From: Alphaproteobacteria bacterium
GTDB taxonomy: Bacteria > Pseudomonadota > Alphaproteobacteria > CAAHEQ01 > UBA3637
Length of the DNA stretch: 64,000 nucleotides
Assembly: GCA_017960645.1 (NCBI GenBank)
Contig: JAGCYU010000004.1
Span: forward strand, 7,152-71,151
Direction: 5' to 3'
Shown: one piece after another, positions 22,304-32,330 of the stretch
Layout of the letters: every line of letters begins with the position of its first letter
Numbering within the stretch: position 1 is the stretch's first letter
Notes under the pieces: generated by a model
Database searches by the model: none
Told to the model about the DNA's origin: nothing
Seen by the model: only the letters and a program-made list of their open reading frames with translations
Made by a program: the position numbers and the translations under genes

Positions 22304-22819
22304 ATGAAAAAAATTTTAATCCTATTTGTTTCGTGTTTGTGCGCTCTTAAGGCTTTCGCGGCATCTAATGCAGATGTTGAAGTGTTGGGCGTTTTTGATG
22401 ATTGGTCCGCTTTTTTATACAAAGATGAAGCGGGGCAAGTGTGTTACATGGCTACTGAACCGATAAAATCTCAAGGAAAGTATAATCGCCGAGATGATGT
22501 GTTTTTAATTGTAGCGCACCGTCCAACAGAGCAATCTTTTGATGTTGTGAGTATTAATGCGGGTTATACTTATAGGAAAGGCAGTAAGCCTTATTTAACT
22601 ATTGATAATAATAAACCTATCACATTGGCCGTTTTTAATGACACAGCTTGGGCAAAGGATGATGCAACAGATGCTAAATTGGTTGCCAATATGAAAAAGG
22701 GAACTCGGGCTGTTTTAAAAGGAACTTCTGCTCGGGGAACAGCAACAACTGATACATTTTCTCTTAAAGGCTTTGGTAAGGCTTATCAAGCAATTAATAA
22801 AGCATGCGGCCGCGAATGA
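22304..22819 (+). CDS. invasion-associated locus B (IalB) family secreted protein
   Basis: Signal peptide followed by an IalB-like sequence (WSAFLYKDEAGQVCYMATEP). Confidence 0.7.
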   Translation: MKKILILFVSCLCALKAFAASNADVEVLGVFDDWSAFLYKDEAGQVCYMATEPIKSQGKYNRRDDVFLIVAHRPTEQSFDVVSINAGYTYRKGSKPYLTIDNNKPITLAVFNDTAWAKDDATDAKLVANMKKGTRAVLKGTSARGTATTDTFSLKGFGKAYQAINKACGRE

Positions 22820-23883
22820 AAAAAGAATTAATTGGTTTGGATTTAAATGAATTAAAGACCGAACTGGAGAGTATCGGAGAAAAGCCTTTTCGCGCAAAAC
22901 AATTATGGCAATGGATGTATAATAAAGGAGAGACCGATTTTGATAAAATGTCCAGTTTGTCAAAAGAGTTTCGCTCTCTTTTAAAAGAAAAATATACGGT
23001 TTCACATCCAAAAATAATAGCAGAACAAAAATCCAAAGACGGAACGCGCAAGTGGTTGATGGAGTTTTTGGATGGGGCGCGCGTGGAGTGTGTTTATATT
23101 CCGGAAGATGATAGGGGCGCTGTTTGTATATCAACCCAGGTTGGCTGTGCTCAAGGATGCAAGTTTTGTCATACAGGAACACAAAAAATGCTCAGAAATT
23201 TGACCGTCGCTGAAATTGTTGGACAGGTGATGGCCGCACGAGATGCCTATGGGGAATGGCCAACAAAAACAGATGAAAATCGTATGCTATCCAATGTTGT
23301 CTTTATGGGTATGGGCGAACCATTGGCTAACTTTGATAATTTGAAAAAGGCTTTGTTGATTTTAAACGATGGGGATGGTATGGCTATCTCAAAGCGTAAG
23401 ATTACAGTATCTACATGCGGGCTGGCTAATAAAATACCAGAATTGGCCGATTTAGGGGTTAAATTGGCAATTAGTTTGCATGCTCCTAATAATCAGATAC
23501 GTAATCAAATTATGCCCATCAATAAAGCTTTCCCGTTGGAAAAGTTGATAAAAGCATGCAAAGAATATCAAGCAAAATGTGAACGTCGCTCGTTTATTAC
23601 AATGGAATATGTGATGTTAAAAGGTGTGAATGATTCTATTCAATGTGCGGAAGAATTGACAAAACTAGTACAGGAATTGGAAGTTAAATTCAATTTGATA
23701 CCTTTTCATCCATGGAAAAATTGCCCATTTGAACCGTCAAGCCCAGCAACTATCGCAAAGTTTGCAAAATTTTTAGAGTCTAAATGGTTTGCTGCGCCGA
23801 TTCGCAGAACCCGTGGGGAAGATATCATGGCAGCTTGTGGCCAATTAAAGACAGCAAAAGAGTCTTTGAGTTTGGAGGAGACT
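22816..23883 (+). CDS. rlmN: 23S rRNA/tRNA adenine-C2 methyltransferase RlmN (radical SAM); no stop codon before the next gene
   Basis: RlmN N-terminus and the radical-SAM motif CxxxCxxC (GCAQGCKFCHTG) are present. Homology ends at about ...CGQLKTAKESL. The frame continues without a stop into a prepilin-like ORF. Confidence 0.8.
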
Positions 23884-24693
23884 ATGGAAAATAAAAATGA
23901 ATCTGGCAGATCTATGGTTGAGTTAATAGGTATTTTATGTCTCATGGGATTGTTGACAATAGGTGGCATTCGTTTTTATAGATATGGTATGGATGAGACT
24001 ATTGCTCAAAATACTTATGAAGAAGTTCAGCAACGGGCGGTGACCAGTTTGGAACGTTTTAACAATCGACGTTATCAGTTTGATTCCCGTCCTGTATCTA
24101 ATATAACACCTCATGGTTATAATATTACTGTGAGACAGCATTCTTCTAACCGTGAATATATCGTTGTTTCTGTGACAGGCGTTTCAGATGGTGTTTGTCA
24201 ACATATTCTTAGGAAAATTGGCAATACTCAAAGTGGGTTTTTGCCTGTGGCAGGCCTTAGTCTCAACAGTTCTAATTATCAGACAAATGAGTTATCAGAA
24301 TCACTTTGTCCTCAAAGTGGTAATGTTAATATGACTTTTTTCTTTCATCGTTCCAAAAAAGCGGATAGAGATAGTTCAGATATTTTAAGTACATGCTCTT
24401 CAACAAGTGATTGCTTGCAACGCGTAGGGGATGCAAATGCTTGTTTGAAATGCGATACAACGAATCGTTTATGTGTTTTGGATGACACAAAATGCAGTTC
24501 AGGACAAGTTTGTCATCAACTTGCTGGGGCTTTATATCCTAAATGTTATCAAGTGGCTGATAATGCTAGCGAAGATCAGCCCTGCGGCTTAGGAGAATGT
24601 TGGACAGTTGTTGATGGTATTTGTGTTCCAGATAGTAGTTTATGTTTAGATGCTGAAAGCACTTGTGGAAGTGACGGTTTTTGTACTAACTAA
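23884..24693 (+). CDS. prepilin-like (class III signal) Cys-rich secreted protein
   Basis: An internal ATG is preceded by GGAGGAG. The leader is MENKNESG, and the mature N-terminus RSMVELIGILCLMGLLTIGG has Glu at +5. The C-terminal ~90 aa contain about 19 Cys. Confidence 0.55.
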   Translation: MENKNESGRSMVELIGILCLMGLLTIGGIRFYRYGMDETIAQNTYEEVQQRAVTSLERFNNRRYQFDSRPVSNITPHGYNITVRQHSSNREYIVVSVTGVSDGVCQHILRKIGNTQSGFLPVAGLSLNSSNYQTNELSESLCPQSGNVNMTFFFHRSKKADRDSSDILSTCSSTSDCLQRVGDANACLKCDTTNRLCVLDDTKCSSGQVCHQLAGALYPKCYQVADNASEDQPCGLGECWTVVDGICVPDSSLCLDAESTCGSDGFCTN

Positions 24694-24706
24694 AAAAGGA
24701 GAAAAT

Positions 24707-25444
24707 ATGTTGGATTTAACAGGAAAAACGGCTTTAATTACGGGGGCAACTGGTGGCATAGGGCGTGCTATTGCCAAAACTTTACATGCTCAAGGGACAA
24801 CCCTTGCTTTAACAGATATGAATCTGGACACCTTGAATAAATTCGCTTCTGAATTAAAAGATCGCGTGTTTATTTATGCAGCTAATTTATCGGATGGACA
24901 AAGTATAGCTAATTTGGTTTCAATGGCTGAAAAAGACTTAGGACATATTGATATATTAGTTAATAATGCAGGTATTACAAAGGATACATTATCTATGCGT
25001 ATGAGTGATGAACAATGGGATGATGTATTACGTATCAATTTGACAGCAGGTTTTAAATTGGCGCGTTCTGTGATTCCATCAATGATGAAAAATCGTTGGG
25101 GACGGATTATTTCTATGGCCTCTATTGTTGGTGTGATTGGTAATGCAGGGCAGGCAAACTATGCTGCCAGTAAGGCTGGTTTAATTGCTATGAGTAAATC
25201 TATGGCGGCGGAATTAGCCGGTCGCAATATTACCGTGAACTGTATTGCCCCTGGTTTTATTGCAACACCTATGACAGCTAATTTGCCAGAAGATGTTAAA
25301 AAAGCTATGATGGATCGTATTCCTGCAAAACGTATGGGTGAACCTCAGGATATAGCGAATTTAGTCGCATTTTTGGCCAGTGAAGAGGCTGCATATATTA
25401 CAGGCCAAACAGTAAATATTAATGGTGGAATGTTAATGTTATAA
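24707..25444 (+). CDS. fabG: 3-oxoacyl-ACP reductase
   Basis: [12 protein letters not shown] Rossmann fold with the SDR catalytic motifs. An AGGAG RBS precedes the start. Confidence 0.9.
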   Translation: MLDLTGKTALITGATGGIGRAIAKTLHAQGTTLALTDMNLDTLNKFASELKDRVFIYAANLSDGQSIANLVSMAEKDLGHIDILVNNAGITKDTLSMRMSDEQWDDVLRINLTAGFKLARSVIPSMMKNRWGRIISMASIVGVIGNAGQANYAASKAGLIAMSKSMAAELAGRNITVNCIAPGFIATPMTANLPEDVKKAMMDRIPAKRMGEPQDIANLVAFLASEEAAYITGQTVNINGGMLML

Positions 25445-25532
25445 AAAAAACTTGCAAGAAAGATTTTTTTATGCTAATGTCATAACGTTTTCGTCCGAAA
25501 GGATAAAGATTAATTTAACAAAAGGAAAGAAA

Positions 25533-25772
25533 ATGACTGAAACTATTGCTGAACGTGTAAAAAAAATTGTTGTGGATCACTTGGGCATCGAAGCTTCTAA
25601 AGTGCAAGACGGTGCCAGTTTCATTGACGATTTGGGGGCGGACAGTCTGGATACAGTAGAATTGGTGATGGCATTTGAAGAGGAATTTGGTTGTTCTATT
25701 CCTGATGATGCTGCCGAAAAAATTCGTACAGTCAAAGATGCTATTGACTTTATTGAAAAACAACAAGCTTAA
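25533..25772 (+). CDS. acpP: acyl carrier protein
   Basis: The [15 protein letters not shown] phosphopantetheine attachment motif is present. Confidence 0.93.
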   Translation: MTETIAERVKKIVVDHLGIEASKVQDGASFIDDLGADSLDTVELVMAFEEEFGCSIPDDAAEKIRTVKDAIDFIEKQQA

Positions 25773-25859
25773 TTTGTTTTGTTGTTATTTTTTTAAAGGG
25801 ATGTTTCGGTCGCTTCAGCTTAAGTGATTGAAACATCTTTTCTTTATAAAGGGGATTTT

Positions 25860-27104
25860 ATGAGACGAGTGGTAATTACAGGGATGGGTGTTGTTTCTCC
25901 ACTAGGTCGAGGGTTAGAGACAAACTGGAATGCTTTAAAGACAGGAAAATCTGGTGTTGTGTTTTTCCCAGAAGCAGATGGCTACCCTTTAGCAGTTAAA
26001 ATTGCAGGGCATATTCCCCGTGGAGAAAATTCTGGTCAGTTGGATGTCAATTCTGTTCTGTCCGTCAAAGAGCAACGCCATCATGATGCTGCAACTTTGT
26101 ACGGAGTTGCGGCGGCTATGGATGCTATGCAAGATGCTGGTTTCCTAAATAGTCCCGTTGAAAATAAAGAAAAGTTTGGGGTTGTATTTGGCAGCGGCCA
26201 AGGGGGATTAAACAGATTTTTTGATGGTGTAAAAATTTATCTGGATCAAGGGGCCAATCGCATTTCTCCTTTTTTTATGCCGTCTATTATTATCAATCAG
26301 ACAGCTGGTTTTTTATCAATTAAATATGGATTGGAAGGTCCAAATTTGGCAGTTTCTACAGCATGTGCTACCGGGACACATTCTATAGGAGAAGCTTATC
26401 AGTATATTCAAGCAGGTTATGCAGACCGTATGTTGGCAGGAAGTACAGAAGCTCCCTTAAATCCTTTAGGAATTGCAGGTTTTGCACAAATGCGAGCATT
26501 ATCTAAAAGAGAGGACACTCCGCAACAGGCGTCTCGTCCATGGGATAAGAAACGTGACGGTTTTGTCATGGCAGAAGGCGCCGGTGCTTTGGTACTAGAA
26601 GAATATGAATCAGCAAAAGCCAGAGGGGCAAAAATTTATGCTGAAATTATAGGATATGGCTTGTCTGCAGATGCTTATCATATTACAGCCCCTGGGGGAA
26701 CAGGCGCTATTCGAGCGATGCAAATGGCGTTAAATCAAGCTAATTTACAGCCTGCTCATATTGATTATATCAATGCACATGGTACTTCTACCCCGGCAGG
26801 AGATATGGTTGAATTTTGCGCTGTTAAAGAAGTTTTTGGTGTGGATGGACCCGCGATGTCTTCAACAAAATCAATGACTGGTCATATGCTAGGGGCTGCA
26901 GGTTCTGTTGAGGCCGTGTATAGTGTCCTATCTTTGATACATAATGTTATGCCTCCTACTATTAATTTGGCGAATCCAGAAGAAGAAACACAAGGCTTTA
27001 ATTTGGTACCAAACCAAGCTCAAGAAAAGCAACTGAATATAGTTTTATCTAATTCTTTTGGTTTCGGTGGGACTAACGCCTGTTTAATCTTTAAAAAGGT
27101 GTAG
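25860..27104 (+). CDS. fabF: 3-oxoacyl-ACP synthase II
   Basis: KAS II family with active-site Cys (AVSTACATG) and the HGTSTPAGD motif. Confidence 0.92.
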   Translation: MRRVVITGMGVVSPLGRGLETNWNALKTGKSGVVFFPEADGYPLAVKIAGHIPRGENSGQLDVNSVLSVKEQRHHDAATLYGVAAAMDAMQDAGFLNSPVENKEKFGVVFGSGQGGLNRFFDGVKIYLDQGANRISPFFMPSIIINQTAGFLSIKYGLEGPNLAVSTACATGTHSIGEAYQYIQAGYADRMLAGSTEAPLNPLGIAGFAQMRALSKREDTPQQASRPWDKKRDGFVMAEGAGALVLEEYESAKARGAKIYAEIIGYGLSADAYHITAPGGTGAIRAMQMALNQANLQPAHIDYINAHGTSTPAGDMVEFCAVKEVFGVDGPAMSSTKSMTGHMLGAAGSVEAVYSVLSLIHNVMPPTINLANPEEETQGFNLVPNQAQEKQLNIVLSNSFGFGGTNACLIFKKV

Positions 27105-27109
27105 TATTT

Positions 27110-28096
27110 ATGCGCCATACGGTTGTATTTTATTTTTTGATTATTTTTATCGTTGTGGGCATTATGGGGGGTAGTGTTTTATCCACCTATAGTCAGTTTG
27201 TTGCAGAGGGGCCGCTTGAAAGCGAAAAAACAATTTTGATCGAAGCAGGGCGTTCTGTGCGCAAAATTGCAAAGCAATTATATAGAGAAGGTATTATCAA
27301 TTCACCTGCCGTCTTTGAAATTGGTGTTCGAGCCAGTGGTAATACAATGAATATTAAGGCGGGAGAATATTCTATCCCAAAACGTTCCAGTTCTAAAACC
27401 GTGATGAATATTTTGACCAGCGGCAAAACATATATTCGAAAGTTTGTTGTTCCCGAGGGGTTGACATCTATTCAAATTGTAGAGTTAATGGATGGTATGT
27501 ATGGCTTAATGGGGGAAATAGAAAAAATTCCTCCAAATGGTACTTTAATGCCAGATACGTATTGGTATTCTTATGGAGATTCTAAACAAGATTTGTTGAT
27601 ATATATGCAAAATAGCATGAAACGGACGTTGGATGAATTGTGGGCTACAAAAAGCAAAACTCTGTCCTTTAAAACACCTGAAGAAGCAGTGGTTATGGCC
27701 TCTATTGTTGAAAAAGAAACAGCCAAGGATTCAGAAAGATCTCATATAGCGGCTGTCTTTCATAATCGGCTCGCAAAGAAAATGAAGTTGCAATCTGATC
27801 CGACTGTGATTTTTGCGGTTACGCAAGAGCGTGGAGAGCTTAAACGTAAATTGACTTATTCTGATTTAAGAGTTCAGCATCCAAGTAATACCTATGTTAT
27901 TGCAGGGTTGCCGGATAAACCTATTTGTAATCCGGGGAAAACAGCATTGCAAGCTGTCTTAAATCCAGATAGCAGTCAAGATTTATACTTTGTTGCAGAT
28001 GGCAAAGGAGGGCACATTTTTGCGAAAACTTATGCTGAGCATGAACAAAATGTAGCGGCTTATAGAAAATTCATGAATGCTCAGCGTTTGCAATAA
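27110..28096 (+). CDS. mltG: endolytic murein transglycosylase MltG (YceG family)
   Basis: N-terminal TM helix plus a YceG domain (LQSDPTVIFA). Confidence 0.85.
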   Translation: MRHTVVFYFLIIFIVVGIMGGSVLSTYSQFVAEGPLESEKTILIEAGRSVRKIAKQLYREGIINSPAVFEIGVRASGNTMNIKAGEYSIPKRSSSKTVMNILTSGKTYIRKFVVPEGLTSIQIVELMDGMYGLMGEIEKIPPNGTLMPDTYWYSYGDSKQDLLIYMQNSMKRTLDELWATKSKTLSFKTPEEAVVMASIVEKETAKDSERSHIAAVFHNRLAKKMKLQSDPTVIFAVTQERGELKRKLTYSDLRVQHPSNTYVIAGLPDKPICNPGKTALQAVLNPDSSQDLYFVADGKGGHIFAKTYAEHEQNVAAYRKFMNAQRLQ

Positions 28097-28170
28097 TTTA
28101 AAAAATTATATTTTCTGCTTGCATTTTATGAAAAAGTTGTATAACCTTGATATGGTTGCGTGGAGGGGGA

Positions 28171-30645
28171 ATGACAAAAAAACAAAGCGGTGATAAGACT
28201 GTAATTACAGCGGCTGATTTGCAACGCTTGATTGAGTGGCATGTCAAGTATTCTTTGTCTAAACAGGTGTGTGAAGCACATAAAAGTCATTTGTTCCAAG
28301 CATTGGCCATGTCTGTGCGAGATTTATGTATTGACCAAATGTTCCGTACGGCAGCCCGGCACAAAAAATATGCTGATAAACGTGTTTATTATTTGTCATT
28401 GGAATATTTGCCTGGACGATTACTTTCTAATAATTTGATTAACTTCCAAATCATGGACCTTTTAAAGGATATTCATTTGGATAATCCCATTCCAATCAGG
28501 AGTGTGTTGGAAGAAGAGTGTGACCCCGCTTTAGGAAATGGCGGACTAGGGCGTTTAGCTGCATGCATTTTGGATTCTATGGCTACCTTGGGGTTGCCTG
28601 GTTATGGTTATGGTATCAATTATCAGTTTGGGTTATTTAAGCAATATTTTGTGGATGGTTGGCAACAAGAGCGTGCGGATTCCTGGCTGGAAACAAGTTC
28701 GCCTTGGCAGATTGAACGTGCCGACAGAGCCTGTTTGGTTCCTATTAAGGGAAAAGTTGTCTATGAAGAAAAAAATGGTATGCGAATGCCCAGATGGGTA
28801 GATACTTCTCAAATAGTAGGTGTTCCTTATGATATGCCTATTGTAGGATATAAAGGGGATACAGTTAATTATTTGCGCTTGTTTTCTGCTAAGTCTGCTA
28901 ATACATTGGATTTAGATTTATTTAATAAGGGCGGTTATATCGCAGCGGTAGAGGAAAATATTAGGATTGAAACTATTTCTAAGGTGTTATATCCATCCGA
29001 TAATATTGAACAGGGCAAGGCTTTGCGTTTGATTCAACAGTATTTTTTTGTATCTTGTGTTTTGAACGATATTTTGCGACGTTTTTCAGAGGAAGGTTTG
29101 CCGCTGACTGAATTGCCAAATAAGGTTGTGTTACAGTTGAATGATACCCATCCTACTTTAGCTATTATTGAAATGATGCGTTTATTGATAGATGTGTATC
29201 AACTTGAATGGGAACAAGCATTTAATATTACTCGGGGATGTATGGCTTATACAAACCACACTTTGTTGCCAGAAGCTTTGGAAAAATGGCCTGTTCATTT
29301 GTTGGAAACTTATTTGCCACGGCATCTGTTATTGATTTATGAATTGAACGATTGGTTAATGGCTCAGGTGCGGCATCGTTATCCCGGAGATGTGGGTAAG
29401 TTGGCGCGTATGTCTTTGATAGAAGAGGGTGAGGTTAAGCAGGTCCGCATGGCGAATTTGGCTGTGGTAGGTTCATTTTCTGTGAATGGGGTTGCGGCTA
29501 TTCATACAGAACTATTGAAAAAACAGCTAATGCCTGATTTTTATGCTATGTGGCCGGAAAAGTTTAATAATAAAACGAATGGTGTTACCCCCAGACGTTG
29601 GATCATGTTGGCTGACCCTGATTTAACATCTTGTATCACTGAGTATATTGGCGATACATGGAAGACGAATCTGGAACATTTAAAAAAATTAGAGGCCTTT
29701 GTTGATGATAAAAAGTTATTAGCTCGTTTGAATGACATTCAATTAAAAAATAAATTCCGTTTAGCAGAGTTTGTGCAAAAAACATTAGGGATTGTTTTGG
29801 ATCCTAATGCCTTGTTTGATTGTCAAGTTAAACGTATCCATGAGTATAAAAGGCAGTTATTGAATGTATTACACATTATGCATCAATATTTCCAAATTAT
29901 TGAAGATGGGGTGACTTTACCATGTTCAAAAGTTTATATTTTTTCTGGGAAAGCTGCACCAGGGTATCAGTTTGCCAAGTTGATTATTAAACTGATTAAC
30001 AATATGGCAAAAGTGATCAATAATGATGAGCGAGTGAAGGACCAAATTAAGGTCGTTTATATTCCGGATTATAAAGTTAGCTTGGCAGAATTGATTATGC
30101 CTGCTGCGGATTTAAGTGAACAAATTTCAACAGCTGGTTATGAAGCTTCCGGAACAGGCAATATGAAATTAACGATGAATGGAGCTTTAACTGTTGGTAC
30201 CTTAGATGGTGCTAATGTAGAGATTTTAGATGCAGTAGGTGCCGAAAATTTCTATTTGTTTGGCTTAACGGCTGAAGATGTAGCGGAAAAGCATTTACAC
30301 AATTCGCATCAACCATGGGATTATTATAATAAAGACTCCAGAATAAAGCGTATTATGGATAGTTTAACAAATGGCACTTGGACACGTAATGAATCAATAG
30401 ATTTATTTAAGCCAATTTTTGATAACATTATGTTTAATGATTATTATATGTTGTTGGCGGATTTTGATTCATACGCTCATATTCAAGAAAAAATCGGGCA
30501 TGATTTCTTGAACAGGAAAGCTTGGGCACGAAAATCTTTGCTTAATATTGCCAGATCTGGGATATTCTCAATTGATAGAACTGTAAAAGAATATGCGCAA
30601 GATATTTGGAAAGTATCTTCCACACTGCAAAGGAAAAAGAAATAA
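28171..30645 (+). CDS. glgP: glycogen/maltodextrin phosphorylase
   Basis: Phosphorylase family including the pyridoxal-phosphate lysine region EQISTAGYEASGTGNMKLTMNGA. Confidence 0.92.
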   Translation: MTKKQSGDKTVITAADLQRLIEWHVKYSLSKQVCEAHKSHLFQALAMSVRDLCIDQMFRTAARHKKYADKRVYYLSLEYLPGRLLSNNLINFQIMDLLKDIHLDNPIPIRSVLEEECDPALGNGGLGRLAACILDSMATLGLPGYGYGINYQFGLFKQYFVDGWQQERADSWLETSSPWQIERADRACLVPIKGKVVYEEKNGMRMPRWVDTSQIVGVPYDMPIVGYKGDTVNYLRLFSAKSANTLDLDLFNKGGYIAAVEENIRIETISKVLYPSDNIEQGKALRLIQQYFFVSCVLNDILRRFSEEGLPLTELPNKVVLQLNDTHPTLAIIEMMRLLIDVYQLEWEQAFNITRGCMAYTNHTLLPEALEKWPVHLLETYLPRHLLLIYELNDWLMAQVRHRYPGDVGKLARMSLIEEGEVKQVRMANLAVVGSFSVNGVAAIHTELLKKQLMPDFYAMWPEKFNNKTNGVTPRRWIMLADPDLTSCITEYIGDTWKTNLEHLKKLEAFVDDKKLLARLNDIQLKNKFRLAEFVQKTLGIVLDPNALFDCQVKRIHEYKRQLLNVLHIMHQYFQIIEDGVTLPCSKVYIFSGKAAPGYQFAKLIIKLINNMAKVINNDERVKDQIKVVYIPDYKVSLAELIMPAADLSEQISTAGYEASGTGNMKLTMNGALTVGTLDGANVEILDAVGAENFYLFGLTAEDVAEKHLHNSHQPWDYYNKDSRIKRIMDSLTNGTWTRNESIDLFKPIFDNIMFNDYYMLLADFDSYAHIQEKIGHDFLNRKAWARKSLLNIARSGIFSIDRTVKEYAQDIWKVSSTLQRKKK

Positions 30646-31367
30646 TGGTTGTTCCTTCCATTCGTTTTTTTGGACGCCGCAAAGGCAAAGGTTTAACGCC
30701 GTCCAGGCAAAAGTTGTTGGATAATTTATTGCCCCAAGTTCTGATGACTAAAGAAAAGGCTTCAGTTCTGCCTAAAGCTTTTGGGGTGCCTGTTAATCAA
30801 GTATGGTTGGAAATTGGTTTCGGTGGAGGTGAGCATTTAGCTGAGTTGGCTTTAAAAAATCCCCACGTGGGTATTTTAGGTGCGGAGCCCTTTATCAATG
30901 GCGTAGCTTCGCTCTTGGCGCATTTAAATGGTTCTCATCGTTATCCTCGTGCTGAATTGGGATTAGAAGAAAACAGGACGGATAACGTACGGATTTGGCC
31001 GGATGATATTCGGTTGTTATTTCCATCGTTTCCTGATAAATCGTTTAAACGGATTTTTGTGCTATATCCAGATCCATGGCCTAAAGCGCGTCATGCAGAA
31101 CGCAGATTTATCAATATGACTAACTTGCCTGAACTGTACAGATTATTATCAGATGATGGAGAATTAATTGTTGCTACTGATCTTACAGGGTATGCCGATT
31201 GGGTTAAAGAACAAACGCAGATTTTTGATAAGTTTCATCAAGTAAATAAAGATCAGCATGTGGCGCCTAAAGATTGGGTACCAACTCGGTATGAGCAAAA
31301 GGGAATTAAGGCTGGTCGTCATCCCAATTATTTTATTTTTTGCAAAAAAAGTGAAAAAAGTGCTTGA
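30645..31367 (+). CDS. trmB: tRNA (guanine46-N7)-methyltransferase
   Basis: TrmB family (EIGFGGGEHL). Its start overlaps the glgP stop (TAATG). Confidence 0.85.
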   Translation: MVVPSIRFFGRRKGKGLTPSRQKLLDNLLPQVLMTKEKASVLPKAFGVPVNQVWLEIGFGGGEHLAELALKNPHVGILGAEPFINGVASLLAHLNGSHRYPRAELGLEENRTDNVRIWPDDIRLLFPSFPDKSFKRIFVLYPDPWPKARHAERRFINMTNLPELYRLLSDDGELIVATDLTGYADWVKEQTQIFDKFHQVNKDQHVAPKDWVPTRYEQKGIKAGRHPNYFIFCKKSEKSA

Positions 31368-31415
31368 CGATGAGGAAAAAATAGTTCAAGATGAAAAGGT
31401 AAAGGAGATTTTTCA

Positions 31416-31721
31416 ATGAACTATAAAACATTAAAAATACAGAATGGAACAGTTGTTCAAATTACGGGTTCTTTTACATTTCGTGATCATGATACTTTTT
31501 TTGAAATTGTATCAATGATTAAGACGGCTTATGAGAAAAAAATGATCTTTGATTTTTCTGAGTGTGATTTCTTGGATTCTGCTGCTTTAGGCATGTTGGT
31601 TATTGCACATGATGAAGCATCTGCGAAAGATGTTTCCTTGTCCATTAAAGGGGCTAAAGGAAAAGTAAAAGACGTTTTATACGCTGCACGTTTTGATACC
31701 CTTTATGATTTTGAGGATTAG
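31416..31721 (+). CDS. STAS-domain protein (SpoIIAA-like anti-sigma-factor antagonist)
   Basis: 101 aa. DFSECDFLDSAALGML aligns with the SpoIIAA phosphoserine motif (DSSGLG). Confidence 0.7.
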   Translation: MNYKTLKIQNGTVVQITGSFTFRDHDTFFEIVSMIKTAYEKKMIFDFSECDFLDSAALGMLVIAHDEASAKDVSLSIKGAKGKVKDVLYAARFDTLYDFED

Positions 31722-31749
31722 TTCATTTCTATTTTAAAATAGGGTGAAA

Positions 31750-32310
31750 ATGCGCAGAATACATAAGCGGGTTGTTAGTATTAGTGGTGATTTGGGCAGC
31801 GGAAAATCAAGCGTATCGCGATTGTTAGCAGATAAGTTGGGTTGGAAGTATTATTCAACAGGAATGGCGCAACGTAAGATTGCGACTGAAATGGGGATAA
31901 CAACAGGTGAATTGAACAGGCTTTCTTTATCTGATATTTCTGTTGATGCTAAAATTGATGCTGTTTTTAAAAATCCTCCATGGGGCGATTGCCCTTGTGT
32001 TATAGATTCCAGATTAGCTTTTTATTTTTTACCAAATTCTTTTAAAGTATGTTTATTAGTTGATCCACAAATAGCGGCCGAGCGTATCTTTCATGACATG
32101 AAGCGCAAAGGTGAGGCAAAATATAGAACCATTAAACAAGCCAAAGAGGCTTGTGCTCAGAGGCGTGCTTTAGAACTTGCGCGTTTTATGCAAAATTATA
32201 ACTTAGACATTACAAATCTGAATCAGTTTGACTTGGTGATAGATACCACAAATTTATCTGTAGAGGAAGTTTGTGATAAAATAATTCGCCATTTACCGTT
32301 TAACGTTTAA
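31750..32310 (+). CDS. P-loop kinase of the cytidylate-kinase-like (AAA/CMK family 2) type
   Basis: ISGDLGSGKSSVSRLLADKLGW P-loop with a short NMP-kinase-like fold. It lies 28 nt downstream of the STAS gene. Confidence 0.6.
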   Translation: MRRIHKRVVSISGDLGSGKSSVSRLLADKLGWKYYSTGMAQRKIATEMGITTGELNRLSLSDISVDAKIDAVFKNPPWGDCPCVIDSRLAFYFLPNSFKVCLLVDPQIAAERIFHDMKRKGEAKYRTIKQAKEACAQRRALELARFMQNYNLDITNLNQFDLVIDTTNLSVEEVCDKIIRHLPFNV

Positions 32311-32330
32311 TAAGCTGTAAATAACAATTT

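Noticed and set aside
22715-23182. 155-aa and 85-aa minus-strand ORFs across the ialB/rlmN junction
   Set aside because: They are antisense to two well-supported genes.
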